NCBI GenBank assembly: GCA_026986575.1
Contig: JALSOH010000004.1
Span: 64,001 to 128,000 of the forward strand
Length of the DNA: 64,000 bases
Source: Thermoproteota archaeon
GTDB taxonomy: Archaea; Korarchaeota; Korarchaeia; Korarchaeales; Korarchaeaceae
Direction: 5' to 3'
Under the pieces are notes generated by a model. That model did no database searches, was not told the DNA's origin, and saw only the letters and a list, made by a program, of their open reading frames with translations. Both the position numbers and the translations under genes were made by a program. Numbering within the stretch: position 1 is the first letter of the stretch; every line of letters begins with the position of its first letter. Shown here piece after piece: positions 10,046-18,528 of the stretch.

Positions 10046-10363
10046 ATGCCCGAGGTACTGAGGATAGAGATGGTCAGCACCAATCCCAAGAGCTTGGACC
10101 AAGTAAGCAGGATGTTCAAGGAGATGGCCGAGAAGATGGGGGTCAGGGTTAAGGGCCCGATACCTCTGCCGACCAAGAGGCTCAGGGTTACCGCTCTCAG
10201 GAATCCCTCGGGTGAAGGGACGAACAGGTACGACAAGTACGAGCTGAGGATCCACAAGCGTATAATAGACATCCCTAACCCTGACGAGAGGTATATCAGG
10301 AGCATAATGGGTGTCACCATCCCCGAAGACGTCAAGATAAGCATAGTCATGCTGACTACCTGA
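10046..10363 (+). CDS. rps10: 30S ribosomal protein S10
   Basis: GPIPLPTK, RIHKRIID; directly after tuf. Confidence 0.96.
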   Translation: MPEVLRIEMVSTNPKSLDQVSRMFKEMAEKMGVRVKGPIPLPTKRLRVTALRNPSGEGTNRYDKYELRIHKRIIDIPNPDERYIRSIMGVTIPEDVKISIVMLTT

Positions 10364-10404
10364 CCTCGGACAACTGTTTTAGGGGATCCTCCCCCTAGCC
10401 CCTG

Positions 10405-11499
10405 ATGGATGTACTGATCCTAGCTGATGATTTAACTGGCGCTTTAGACACGGCCTCTCAGTTTGGGCGCGGTTCCTTCGTCGCCCTGAACCGGGAACTC
10501 GCCGGATACAAATGGAAGTACGTATCCCTGAGCACAGACACTAGGCTCGCCGCCCCTAAAGAGGCTGAAAGGAGAGTCAGAGAAATCTTAGAGGTCATTC
10601 TAGAATCCATCGGCCCGAGATACCTGTACAAGAAGGTAGATTCCACTATGAGAGGGAACGTAGGTGCCGAGCTGAGCCCCATAGTTTCGATGTTAGATTC
10701 TCCCTTGCCCTTCACCCCGGCTTATCCCGAGCAGGGAAGGACCGTGCTAAATGGTCGACTGTACATTCGGGGCGTTCCCCTAGAGGAAACGGAATACGTG
10801 AGAGAGCTGCCCATTGTCTCCTCTCTAATAGAGGAGATAGTGAGAGCCACATCTCCCGATCTGACGGTGGGTTACTGGGGAGAGGGTGATTCGGGTATTC
10901 TGATCGCCAAGGAGGTCCCCGACAGGAAGGCTTTGTCCCTCTTCTTCCGTGAGATTTACGACTATCGAGTGATGGGAGGTAGCGCAGGACTAGCTCTGGA
11001 GCTGGCCCGGTGGATAGGGGCTGAGAAAGGAGGGACCCCCAGGGCAAAAGGTCCCATCCTATTCGTGTCAGGATCGGAGAATGAGGTGGCGATCAGGCAG
11101 CTCGAAGCCCTCTCAAAGGAGATACCCGTTCTGGAGGCTGATGATTCCGGTATAGAGGAGGTCGCCCGAGTACTTAGGGAGGGAGGAGATGCGGCAATTC
11201 GCTTCAGCCTAGCCAAGGTGAAGCCCAGTACGCTTGAGAGGATCCGCCGTTTGCTCCATGAGATTGGGGGACTGGTAGTGGTAGGTGGGGAGACCCTCAA
11301 GAGATTGATAGAGGGAATGGGAATAGCAGGTGTGGAGATAGGGGAGCCTCCAGAAGAGGGGCTTGCTGCCGGATGGATAGTGGGTGGACCGATCGATGGT
11401 CTACCCATAGTAACTAAGGCGGGAGGGTTCGGAAAGGAGACCACGCTTATCAGGGTGAGGAGGTGGTTGCGTGAGGCAGATCTTGATAACTATGGGTGA
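10405..11499 (+). CDS. Four-carbon acid sugar kinase (DUF1537/DtnK family)
   Basis: ADDLTGA, KKVDSTMRGN, PAYPEQGR, TKAGGFG. Confidence 0.9.
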   Translation: MDVLILADDLTGALDTASQFGRGSFVALNRELAGYKWKYVSLSTDTRLAAPKEAERRVREILEVILESIGPRYLYKKVDSTMRGNVGAELSPIVSMLDSPLPFTPAYPEQGRTVLNGRLYIRGVPLEETEYVRELPIVSSLIEEIVRATSPDLTVGYWGEGDSGILIAKEVPDRKALSLFFREIYDYRVMGGSAGLALELARWIGAEKGGTPRAKGPILFVSGSENEVAIRQLEALSKEIPVLEADDSGIEEVARVLREGGDAAIRFSLAKVKPSTLERIRRLLHEIGGLVVVGGETLKRLIEGMGIAGVEIGEPPEEGLAAGWIVGGPIDGLPIVTKAGGFGKETTLIRVRRWLREADLDNYG

Positions 11500-12424
11500 T
11501 CCCGCTGGGATAGGCCCCGAGGTCGTCGCGAAGTCCCTAGCTCGACTGAGTAGCGGGAGACCCATCACAGTAGTGGGGTGCAAGAGGTGTCTAGAGGAAA
11601 TATCGGAGCTCTGCGGTTTGAAGTTGAGGTTCTCATCCGTAGATGAGCCGACGCACCTTGTGGACAGCGTTCCAGTGATAGATATGGGTGGCGAGGATGT
11701 CCCGAAGGGGAGGGCGACTCCTATGGGTGGTGCTTATTCATACAGTTATGTGGTGAGGGCGGCGGAGCTGGTGAAGGAGGGAAAGGCCAGCGCCTTGGTG
11801 ACCGGACCCGTGAACAAGCTGGCCGTCAACATGGCTGGAATCAAGTTCACTGGTCACACCGAGTTACTCGCGGAGCTGGCCGGAGGTGCGAAAGTCAAGA
11901 TGCTCTTGTATCTGGACGAATTGAGGGTGAGCCACGTCACCACGCATATCCCATTGAAGGATGTCCCCACCTCCATAAATGAGGAGGAAATTTCTCTGAC
12001 CGTTCGACTGACGGCCTCCTTCCTGAGGAGGTTGGGTGAGGAGGTTAACATCGCGGTGGCAGGACTGAACCCCCACGCCGGGGATGGGGGTGTGATGGGA
12101 AGGGAGGAGATCGAAATTATAGGTCCGGCCGTTGAGGAGCTCAAGAGTCAAGGGATCGGGGTAGAAGGCCCTTTGCCACCTGACACTGTCTTCCTCAGAG
12201 CGTTGAAGGGAGAGTTCAATGCAGTCGTGGCCATGTACCACGATCAGGGTCACATACCAGCCAAGATGATAGGCTTCAATAGAGCGGTCAACGTGACTCT
12301 GGGACTGCCCTACGTGAGGACCTCCGTGGATCACGGGACGGCTTACGACATAGTTGGCAAGTGCGTGGCCGATGAAGGTAGCATGCTTAAGGCTTTAGAG
12401 CTGGCATTCAGGTTGGCTGAGTAG
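11471..12424 (+). CDS. pdxA: PdxA-family dehydrogenase (PdxA2, 4-phospho-tetronate dehydrogenase)
   Basis: TMGDPAGIGPE, GHTE, GLNPHAG, MYHDQG, RTSVDHGTA. Confidence 0.93.
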   Translation: MRQILITMGDPAGIGPEVVAKSLARLSSGRPITVVGCKRCLEEISELCGLKLRFSSVDEPTHLVDSVPVIDMGGEDVPKGRATPMGGAYSYSYVVRAAELVKEGKASALVTGPVNKLAVNMAGIKFTGHTELLAELAGGAKVKMLLYLDELRVSHVTTHIPLKDVPTSINEEEISLTVRLTASFLRRLGEEVNIAVAGLNPHAGDGGVMGREEIEIIGPAVEELKSQGIGVEGPLPPDTVFLRALKGEFNAVVAMYHDQGHIPAKMIGFNRAVNVTLGLPYVRTSVDHGTAYDIVGKCVADEGSMLKALELAFRLAE

Positions 12425-12425
12425 G

Positions 12426-13667
12426 ATGGTTCTCTATTCCATCAGGTACGGGGAGAGTTACCTGAGCCTCCACCTCCCTGATGAGGTTCAGGTAGTTGGG
12501 ATAGGTCCTAACGACGTTACTCCCTTGGAGGATGTAGGGGATGCGCTGCAACGCGCCCTGAGGGGTTTGGATGGGATCATTCGCCCGGGTAGGGGAGTGG
12601 CTATAATTGCCGACGATGTTACAAGACCGACTCCCACTGCAGACATCCTCCCACTCCTCCTAGACTACCTAAATTCAGCTGGTGTGAGCGATGATGACAT
12701 TCTGCTGCTGGCCGCCTTGGGAACGCACAGACCCATGACTCAAGGGGAGTTGGAAAGGAAGTACGGAGAGGCGATGGAGAGGGTCGAGGTCGTTCAACCC
12801 GACTATAGGGATCCGGAAAAGCAGGTTATAGTCGGATCGATGCCTGACGGGTCTCCCATCGAGGTGAGCGACGTCCTAACGAAGGTGGATTTATCGATAG
12901 GCGTGGGGATGGTTACCCCTCACCACGTCTCCGGATTCTCAGGTGGATCGAAGATTGTCCTGCCCGGGGTGTCCGGTGAGAGGACGGTGGGAAACATGCA
13001 CTTGCTAAGCGCTAGACTGAGGAGGAGTTTCTTGGGAGTGAAGGAAAACCCCGTGAGGGCTCTCATGGACTTGGTTGCAGAGAGGGCCAGACTGAGGGGG
13101 TTGGTGGAGGTAGTCGTCGATGGGATGGGGAGGCCCACTTGGGTGGGTGCGGGCGGTGTTAGGGAGGTCTTTTCCGAGGCGGTCGCCGAGGCTAGACGCG
13201 TGTATGAAGTTGAGACTCCCAGCAACCTCGATTTGGTGATCGCCAGCAGTTATCCAGCTGATATAGAGTTTTGGCAGGCCCACAAATCGTTATATCCGGC
13301 TGAGATGATCCTCAGGGACGGGGGAGTCCTCATACTCGCTACACCCTGCCCTGAGGGCGTGGCCGTCACTCATCCGGAGGTATTGGAGCTGGCTGGATTG
13401 AGCCCTGAAGAGATAGATGCCAAGGTCAGGAGGGGAGAGGTAGAGGACCCCGTGGGTGCTGCCAACTCCATGGTCTGGTCCAAGGTGAGATCTAGGATAA
13501 AGGTAGTCATAGTCTCCGATGGAATCTCCGAGGAAGAAGCCAGATCTATTGGCTTCTCTTGGTATGGGGATCTGCAAGAGGCCATAAATTCGGAATTGAA
13601 ATCCTTGGGAGGTAAACCCAGAGTGGCCATCATGAGGAACGCTCCAGAGCTGCTCCCCAAGGTGTAG
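12426..13667 (+). CDS. larA: Nickel-pincer-dependent lactate racemase-family (LarA homolog) racemase/epimerase
   Basis: DVTRPTP, ALGTHRPM, PH..SGFSGGSK..LPG, WQAHK. Confidence 0.88.
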   Translation: MVLYSIRYGESYLSLHLPDEVQVVGIGPNDVTPLEDVGDALQRALRGLDGIIRPGRGVAIIADDVTRPTPTADILPLLLDYLNSAGVSDDDILLLAALGTHRPMTQGELERKYGEAMERVEVVQPDYRDPEKQVIVGSMPDGSPIEVSDVLTKVDLSIGVGMVTPHHVSGFSGGSKIVLPGVSGERTVGNMHLLSARLRRSFLGVKENPVRALMDLVAERARLRGLVEVVVDGMGRPTWVGAGGVREVFSEAVAEARRVYEVETPSNLDLVIASSYPADIEFWQAHKSLYPAEMILRDGGVLILATPCPEGVAVTHPEVLELAGLSPEEIDAKVRRGEVEDPVGAANSMVWSKVRSRIKVVIVSDGISEEEARSIGFSWYGDLQEAINSELKSLGGKPRVAIMRNAPELLPKV

Positions 13668-13754
13668 CGCCGGGGGAGGGATTCGAACCCTCGCGGCCCG
13701 GAGGGCCACCCGCTCTCAAGGCGGGCACCTTGGTCCTGGCTCGGCCACCCCGGC
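13668..13754 (-). tRNA. tRNA-Ser(TGA)
   Basis: GCCGGGG acceptor, anticodon arm CCCGC-CTTGAGA-GCGGG, long variable arm, GGTTCGAATCC T-arm; TTTATA box about 27 nt upstream. Confidence 0.95.
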
Positions 13755-13810
13755 TCGAGCGATGCTCGCGGGCTCCGGGGTATAAATGCGAGGGGGAATA
13801 AAAAGGTGAA

Positions 13811-14209
13811 TCACTTGAGCGGCACGAACTTGCTGGATCTGGTGGCTCCCTTACCGGGTTTACCGTGCCTCACTATCCTGTTGGTCATCGCGAACTCTCC
13901 CAAGTAGTGCCCTATCATCTCGGGGACTATGGTTATCTCGACGAACTCCTTCCCGTTGTGGACAGCTATCTTCGCCCCCACCATCTCGGGGAGGACGGGC
14001 ATGTCCCTCCTGTGGGTCCTTATCACCTTATCTATGCCCTTGCTCCTGTACTTCCTGATCTTCTCCAAGAGCTTCTTGTTCTCAGGAGATAGACCTCTCT
14101 TCAGAGTCCTTCTGATTCTAGCTGGCATCACCTCTGCCAGCTCATCTAGAGTCATGCTCTGGAGCTGCTCCAGCGTATAACCCCTGTACCTGAATTCCTT
14201 GGAGGACAT
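13811..14209 (-). CDS. rps19: 30S ribosomal protein S19
   Basis: [30 protein letters not shown]. Confidence 0.97.
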   Translation of the reverse strand: MSSKEFRYRGYTLEQLQSMTLDELAEVMPARIRRTLKRGLSPENKKLLEKIRKYRSKGIDKVIRTHRRDMPVLPEMVGAKIAVHNGKEFVEITIVPEMIGHYLGEFAMTNRIVRHGKPGKGATRSSKFVPLK

Positions 14210-14248
14210 ACATGTCACCAGCACTTACGCCATAAATAAAGGTTGGGC

Positions 14249-14983
14249 TCAGAGGCCAGCCCTCCTCTTGGCCCTACCGGTCTTCCTAGCGGCTATGTGT
14301 CCGACCTTCTGCCCTGGTGGGGCCGTCCTAGCCACGGTTGTTGGCTTGCCAGGCCTCTTGTGGGATCCGCCACCGTGCGGGTGGCTGACCGGGTTCATGG
14401 CCACGCCCCTGACCACGGGCCATCTCTTCGGGTGGGTCCTCTCGTGGTAGTACTTGAGACCGGCCTTCATGAATGGCTTCTCTATCCTGCCGCCACCAGC
14501 CACTATACCTATAGTGGCCCTGCATCTGGCGTCCACGAACTTCTCCTTTCTGGAGGGGAGCCTCAAGAGGACTCTGTCTCCCTCGTGAGAGAACACTAGA
14601 GCGTAGGTCCCACTCCTCCTAGCTATCTTTCCTCCGTCTCCCGGCCTTATCTCCACATTAGATACTAGGGTTCCATCAGGTATATCGGCTAGGGGAAGGA
14701 CGTTTCCCGTCTTTATCTCGGCTCCAGGACCTATTTGTATCTCCTGACCCTCGTATACTCCTTCAGGAGGCACGTAGTAGAACTTGGTGCCATCCTCGAG
14801 CTCCACTAGGGAGATCGGAGTGTGCCTCCCTGGCTCGTGCAGTATCTCCTTTATGATCCCTCTCACGAGGTCACTCAGCCCTATCTGAGGCGGGTACTTC
14901 ACGGGAGCTATCTTGAGATGATCCCTAGATCTGAACTGGATACCTCCCCTTCCCCTCCTCTGAACCAGTATACGCTTACCCAT
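14249..14983 (-). CDS. rpl2: 50S ribosomal protein L2
   Basis: MGKRILVQRRGRG, VRGVAMNPVSHPHGGG. Confidence 0.98.
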   Translation of the reverse strand: MGKRILVQRRGRGGIQFRSRDHLKIAPVKYPPQIGLSDLVRGIIKEILHEPGRHTPISLVELEDGTKFYYVPPEGVYEGQEIQIGPGAEIKTGNVLPLADIPDGTLVSNVEIRPGDGGKIARRSGTYALVFSHEGDRVLLRLPSRKEKFVDARCRATIGIVAGGGRIEKPFMKAGLKYYHERTHPKRWPVVRGVAMNPVSHPHGGGSHKRPGKPTTVARTAPPGQKVGHIAARKTGRAKRRAGL

Positions 14984-14987
14984 ATCA

Positions 14988-15269
14988 TCACCCTATTATG
15001 CCCAGCTTGGCAGCAACATCCGAGGCCCTATACTCGGGACTGAGCTTCACATATGCTTTCTTCCTGCCGTCTATGGTAATTATGGTCCACACCCTCTCTA
15101 CTTTGACGTCTAAGGCTTCCTCGACAGCCCTTTTTATCTCCTTCTTGTTGGCCCTCCTGTCCACGAAGAAAGCCAGCTTGTTCTCCTCGTTGATCATCCT
15201 AACAACTTTCTCGGTGGAGATTGGGGCCTTCAGTATCTTGTAGGGATCGAAGTCGCTTATCTTAGGCAA
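14988..15269 (-). CDS. rpl23: 50S ribosomal protein L23
   Basis: PISTEK, KKAYVKL; operon position. Confidence 0.96.
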   Translation of the reverse strand: MPKISDFDPYKILKAPISTEKVVRMINEENKLAFFVDRRANKKEIKRAVEEALDVKVERVWTIITIDGRKKAYVKLSPEYRASDVAAKLGIIG

Positions 15270-16050
15270 TACCCATCACCTCCTCCAAGGAACGGAGGGC
15301 TCCCTCCGTCCACAGGGTCAGCCTCCCCGGAACACCTCCCGGGGCCAAGTGGATCACGCTCAGGTTCCTGAGAGCAACGACATCAACTCCGGGTATGTTC
15401 CTAGCGGCTCTAGCTACCGGAGAGCCCTCGTTGAGGTATATTATGAGCGGACCCCTAGCTCTCTGTCTGACCCTTCCCCTCATCTTACCTCGTCCGGCCC
15501 TTATCTTCTTGAACCTCCTCTTGGTCCTGTCCAGCTCGTCCTTCAGGCCTAGCTTCAGCAACAGGGAGTAGAGTTCAGATGTCTTAGATATACCTTCCAG
15601 ATCGTCCGTCACTACCAAGGGAACATGGTCCAAATCCACCCTATGCCGGGCCTTGACCAAGTCTATCCTCCCAGTCGCCGCTATGGCCGATAGGATGGCC
15701 AGTCTCCTCTCCTTCTTGTTCACTCTCTCCCAGATGACCTTCCAAGATCTGGGTGCCGTGGTCTTAGCGCCGCCCACGGTCATGACCGCTCTAGCCGCCC
15801 TGCTGGCAGCGGGATAGCCTCTACCCTTCACCCTAGGTACCCTAGCCACTCCGTGACCCGCGCCCCAAGATTCAGCCGACGTCCTGAGTCCAGCTAGGGG
15901 ATCCCTACCTTGGGGCTGTATCCTAGCGGTCAGTTGAGATAGGTAGGTCCGCCTTATGGTGTCGGGCCTGACCTCCATGTCGAAGATGGAGGGGAGCTTC
16001 ACCTCCCCTATCCTCTCACCGTTCAGATTGAACACTGGGACCGAGACCAT
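15262..16050 (-). CDS. rpl4: 50S ribosomal protein L4
   Basis: [28 protein letters not shown]. Confidence 0.97.
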   Translation of the reverse strand: MVSVPVFNLNGERIGEVKLPSIFDMEVRPDTIRRTYLSQLTARIQPQGRDPLAGLRTSAESWGAGHGVARVPRVKGRGYPAASRAARAVMTVGGAKTTAPRSWKVIWERVNKKERRLAILSAIAATGRIDLVKARHRVDLDHVPLVVTDDLEGISKTSELYSLLLKLGLKDELDRTKRRFKKIRAGRGKMRGRVRQRARGPLIIYLNEGSPVARAARNIPGVDVVALRNLSVIHLAPGGVPGRLTLWTEGALRSLEEVMGIA

Positions 16051-16054
16051 GTAA

Positions 16055-17062
16055 TCACCTCTTTAACCAGCCCACGGAGCTCACATAGCTTATCTCGGGC
16101 TCTGGGAGTTCCTCGTACTTGGGCCTTATCGGGTGCCTCATGAACACGAACCTCTTCGCTGGACCGGGTATCGATCCGGAGAGGACAACATACTGGCTCT
16201 TTAGGATCCCGTAATTCTTGAATCCACCCTTGGGTGTTACGTTCAGGGCTCCCTCCTCTGACAGGTCGGCCATCATCAGTATCCTCTTGTTGTACTCCGT
16301 CCTCTTGTGGTAACCAGTCTGGCCAGCCCTCGGGACCCTCCAAGTTACATAGGGCGGATGCCTAGATCCCAAGCTCCCGACCCTCCACCTGCCCTTACCG
16401 GCCTTATGCCTGAGCAGCTCGACTCCGAACCTCCTGACGACTCCCTGCCAACCATGCCCCTTGGTGACCGCGGTAACATCGACTAGTTGACCCACTTTGA
16501 AGACTTGGTTCACCTTGACCTTGGAGCCCACCAAGGACTGGGCGTACTCAAGCCTCTTATCCATCGATCCGCCCTTAATCGGAATCTCGAGGAATTCCGG
16601 TTTCTTCTTGTGTATTCCCGCCAGATCAGGTCTGGTGTAGGCTAAAATCCTAACCTCCTCTATCCTGTCCTTGTTAGCCTCCACCCTAGACAAGGCCTCG
16701 TCCCAGTTGTCAACTCCATCGCCTATGGTGAGAGTTCTGGAGATCAGATCATTCTGCTCGATTTTGAGGGCTGTGGTCACGGCCTTCAGCCCGTAGTAGG
16801 TTCCCACGTAGGGCCTGAAGCCGACCACCTCTATTGGAGGGGTCTCCACCACGGTGGAGGCTAGGGTCACGGGTTGACCTATGTTGAGCTTACCTGGCCT
16901 ATCCTCCTTCATCATGACGTGAATCATGCCCACCTTATAGCCTGGGAAGGCCACTAGGGTCGGCTCCTCAAGGGGCAGTTCAGGGTAGGATCTGAAGACT
17001 GCCTTCTGAGTTCTAGCCCTCTTCCGAGGAGCGAACTGTAGCGAACCGTGTCTTCTGGGCAT
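16055..17062 (-). CDS. rpl3: 50S ribosomal protein L3
   Basis: PRRHGSL, GYKVGM, TKGHGWQG, AGQTGYHKRTEYNK. Confidence 0.97.
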   Translation of the reverse strand: MPRRHGSLQFAPRKRARTQKAVFRSYPELPLEEPTLVAFPGYKVGMIHVMMKEDRPGKLNIGQPVTLASTVVETPPIEVVGFRPYVGTYYGLKAVTTALKIEQNDLISRTLTIGDGVDNWDEALSRVEANKDRIEEVRILAYTRPDLAGIHKKKPEFLEIPIKGGSMDKRLEYAQSLVGSKVKVNQVFKVGQLVDVTAVTKGHGWQGVVRRFGVELLRHKAGKGRWRVGSLGSRHPPYVTWRVPRAGQTGYHKRTEYNKRILMMADLSEEGALNVTPKGGFKNYGILKSQYVVLSGSIPGPAKRFVFMRHPIRPKYEELPEPEISYVSSVGWLKR

Positions 17063-17189
17063 TACTAGCACCCCGTTAACTTTCCAACACAAGACAAGCT
17101 TGGGGTTTATTAAAGTTTGGTATGTCAGGAGGGCCCTCTCCTGTGAAGACAGCGAACTTCAGCGGCATGCTCGATGCCGTCCTTGTATA

Positions 17190-17600
17190 TCATAGATCCA
17201 GAATAACCACGGCCCTCCAGAGGTCTCCCTCTTTCTCCACTTTGAGTTTGTAGTAGGTGACTGCTTTCACCTCGGTCTTGGGCTTGTGCCTCTCAGGATC
17301 CACTAGTTCGCCCCACGCCTTGCCCCTGAGCTTGGTACCTTGGATCATGACCTCAAACTTCGAGAACACCAAACCCTCCACATCCGTGATGAACAGAAGC
17401 TCTGACAGCCATGAATGGAGAAGTAGGGAGAGGTCCTCGGATTCCAATTCCAGCTCCTTCTCCACAACTGGATTAACGCTCTCGACATCCACCATTACCT
17501 CATACATGGCGAGGGCTGCCTCCTCGAAGAGGGAGTTCAGATCGCTAGCCCATACCTCGAACCCCACATCAGCCTCGACATCCACCAGCTTCCTGCCCAC
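17190..17600 (-). CDS. Archease (RtcB activator)
   Basis: ADVGFE..LFEEAALAM, EVKAVTYY, C-terminal VILDL; GTG start after GGTGA. Confidence 0.92.
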   Translation of the reverse strand: MGRKLVDVEADVGFEVWASDLNSLFEEAALAMYEVMVDVESVNPVVEKELELESEDLSLLLHSWLSELLFITDVEGLVFSKFEVMIQGTKLRGKAWGELVDPERHKPKTEVKAVTYYKLKVEKEGDLWRAVVILDL

Positions 17601-17604
17601 TATA

Positions 17605-18477
17605 TCACCCCGGGGGCAGGACGACAACGTAACTATCATCTACCCTAGCCGTCCTAGTCTTCCAAAACGGTTTAACTGAGTCGAATACGAAGATATATCC
17701 TTCCTTCTCCTCTATTGAGCTTATGAAGGCTGAAACGGGGTAATCGGTGATCCTATCCCTCGTCGAGTTTATCTCTACGTCGAGGACGCCGGGAGCAGTG
17801 TGAGACACTTCCATTATGGTGGAGTTGTAGGTAAACTCCTTGGTCTCGCCGGGATTGAGCTTCAGAGTCCCATTTATGATGAGGGTCCCATTCATGAACA
17901 TGGTTATGTTCCCCAATAGCTTGCTCATCCTCTCATAGTCTGATCCGATCGACAAATTGTAGACACCGGAGATGAGTATCTCCCCTTTAGATAGGGTTAC
18001 CTCCGTGTGACCTAGTATGACTTTCGTTAGGTCTCCCATTTTGGCGTAAGAACCGATGTATATGTCCTCTATGTTGTGGTCCGTGAGCTTCAGGTAAACG
18101 GCATTGTATCCGGCTAGAGGTCTCTCGTCGGGACCAACGATTCGACCGTCTATCGTCTGTATGGGGTATATACCACCCCAAGATGCCCTCACAACGTAGA
18201 TGGGAACTCCTGGACCCATCAGATTAATAACTAAGGTCCAGATCAGGAGGAGAGCTAAGAACGATGATCCCAAGGCCTCCCTGTATAGTTTCATCAGTCC
18301 CATGTCCTTCAGTTCGTCCCCCCAGAGTTTGAGGGAGAGGGGCGTAACGAGGAAGTAAGCAAGCAAGAAGAAGCTCAGTCCCTCCATCGGAGTGAGTCCA
18401 GCAATACCGCTCACTAGCCCGACTAGGGACGATAGAGCTACCCTGAAGTAGTAGACTTTGTGCTTTGGCTTCATCAT
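17605..18477 (-). CDS. EMC6-like 3-TM domain fused to a beta-rich, sequon-containing extracellular domain
   Basis: YFRVALSSLVGLVSGIAGL..GLSFFLL..ALLLIWTL resembles EMC6/Rab5ip; C-terminal part has several N-x-S/T. Confidence 0.55.
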   Translation of the reverse strand: MMKPKHKVYYFRVALSSLVGLVSGIAGLTPMEGLSFFLLAYFLVTPLSLKLWGDELKDMGLMKLYREALGSSFLALLLIWTLVINLMGPGVPIYVVRASWGGIYPIQTIDGRIVGPDERPLAGYNAVYLKLTDHNIEDIYIGSYAKMGDLTKVILGHTEVTLSKGEILISGVYNLSIGSDYERMSKLLGNITMFMNGTLIINGTLKLNPGETKEFTYNSTIMEVSHTAPGVLDVEINSTRDRITDYPVSAFISSIEEKEGYIFVFDSVKPFWKTRTARVDDSYVVVLPPG

Positions 18478-18528
18478 GCCCCAGTAACCAATTGAATATA
18501 TAAAGGGAGCTGACCTGAGAAAGGCTGT

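Noticed and set aside
17125-17193. 22-codon ORF (MIYKDGIEHAAEVRCLHRRGPS) overlapping the archease stop
   Set aside because: Too short, no recognisable family or other support
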